Assembly (NCBI GenBank): GCA_965203295.1
Contig: CBDBCZ010000019.1
Coordinates: 1,984,001 to 2,048,000 of the forward strand
Direction: 5' to 3'
DNA from: Nitrospirales bacterium
Lineage (GTDB): Bacteria; Nitrospirota; Nitrospiria; Nitrospirales; UBA8639
Length of the DNA: 64,000 bases
Position 1 is the stretch's first letter; the number at the start of each line of letters is the position of its first letter. Positions 63,429-64,000 of the stretch are shown one piece after another. A program made the position numbers and the translations under genes. The notes under the pieces were generated by a model. The model searched no databases and was not told the origin of the DNA. It saw only the letters and a program-made list of their open reading frames with translations.

Positions 63429-63935
63429 ATGTCAAAAGCCGTCAAAGAACTCGAGATCCTCAAACAACATCTTGCCAAGAATAACCTTAAATTGACTCGT
63501 CAGCGGGAAAATATTCTTACGACCTTTCTTAAAATGGAACATGTCACTGCCGAGCAGATGCACAGGCTGCTGGCGAAGAAAGACCCCCATATTGGATTAG
63601 CCACTGTCTATCGAACCTTGAAATTGTTGTGTGAAACCGGTTTGGCTCAAGAACGGCATTTTGGATCTCAAACACAGTTCGATAACGTGTCTCATAAGGG
63701 GCATCATGACCACCTCATTTGTGTCGCCTGTGACAAGATCGTGGAATTTGAGAACTGCCAGATCGAGAACCTACAAGAAGAAGTAGCGAGCCATCATGGA
63801 TTTGCGATACGCACCCACCGTCTTGAGCTTTATTGTGATCCTATTCGTCTCCCCAATGGTCAATGCAAACATTGCGATCGCGTGTTGAGCTCGCAACCCC
63901 ACTATACGGTCATGCCCTCTGAACAAAAACGATAA
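63429..63935 (+). CDS. fur: Fur-family transcriptional regulator
   Basis: TRQRENIL, HVTAE, IGLATVYRTL and HHDHLICVACDKIVEF. Confidence 0.93.
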   Translation: MSKAVKELEILKQHLAKNNLKLTRQRENILTTFLKMEHVTAEQMHRLLAKKDPHIGLATVYRTLKLLCETGLAQERHFGSQTQFDNVSHKGHHDHLICVACDKIVEFENCQIENLQEEVASHHGFAIRTHRLELYCDPIRLPNGQCKHCDRVLSSQPHYTVMPSEQKR

Positions 63936-64000
63936 CAGTAGGTCTTCTATGCGTCCAGGTCTCAAGATTGCACTTTCTCTCACGTTCATGATTCTGACAT

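Noticed and set aside
1..64000. CRISPR array, tRNA/rRNA, prophage or intact transposase
   Set aside because: No regularly spaced repeats, tRNA T-loop/cloverleaf signatures, phage structural genes or DDE/HUH ORFs were seen by eye.

Overview
Bacterial chromosomal window, most likely from a Nitrospirales (Nitrospira-like nitrite oxidiser). This is an inference from an actinobacterial-type Pup-proteasome operon sitting in a Gram-negative gene context (TolC, EnvC, sigma54 promoter) plus a cyanase-FNT pair. A ~22 kb block (30.4-52.0 kb) shows no visible lesions: pafA-prcA-prcB-dop-arc, thiE-thiG-thiS, ctpA-envC-ftsX-ftsE, yraN-rnhB-rplS-trmD-rimM-rpsP-ffh and uvrB. The flanking accessory regions are heavily eroded, with about a dozen genes carrying frameshifts, in-frame stops or internal deletions (MacB-type permease, YqaA, MOSC, ornithine cyclodeaminase-like, 2H phosphoesterase, MarR, cyanase, FNT transporter, GHKL ATPase, CocE/NonD hydrolase, probably DegP). 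The most striking observation is that the proteasome operon is otherwise complete with intact catalytic motifs but has no pup gene; only 66 bp separate dop and prcB, where pup normally lies. Other oddities are an ArfB with GGR in place of GGQ, a decayed cyanate-utilisation locus, several MITE-like elements (one apparently nested), an NrdR-box-like promoter in front of a small unknown gene, an orphan SocA/Panacea-like gene, a stand-alone PolX N-terminal module and an HTH fusion regulator. No rRNA, tRNA, CRISPR array or intact transposase was seen. All calls come from motif recognition by eye; no searches were run.
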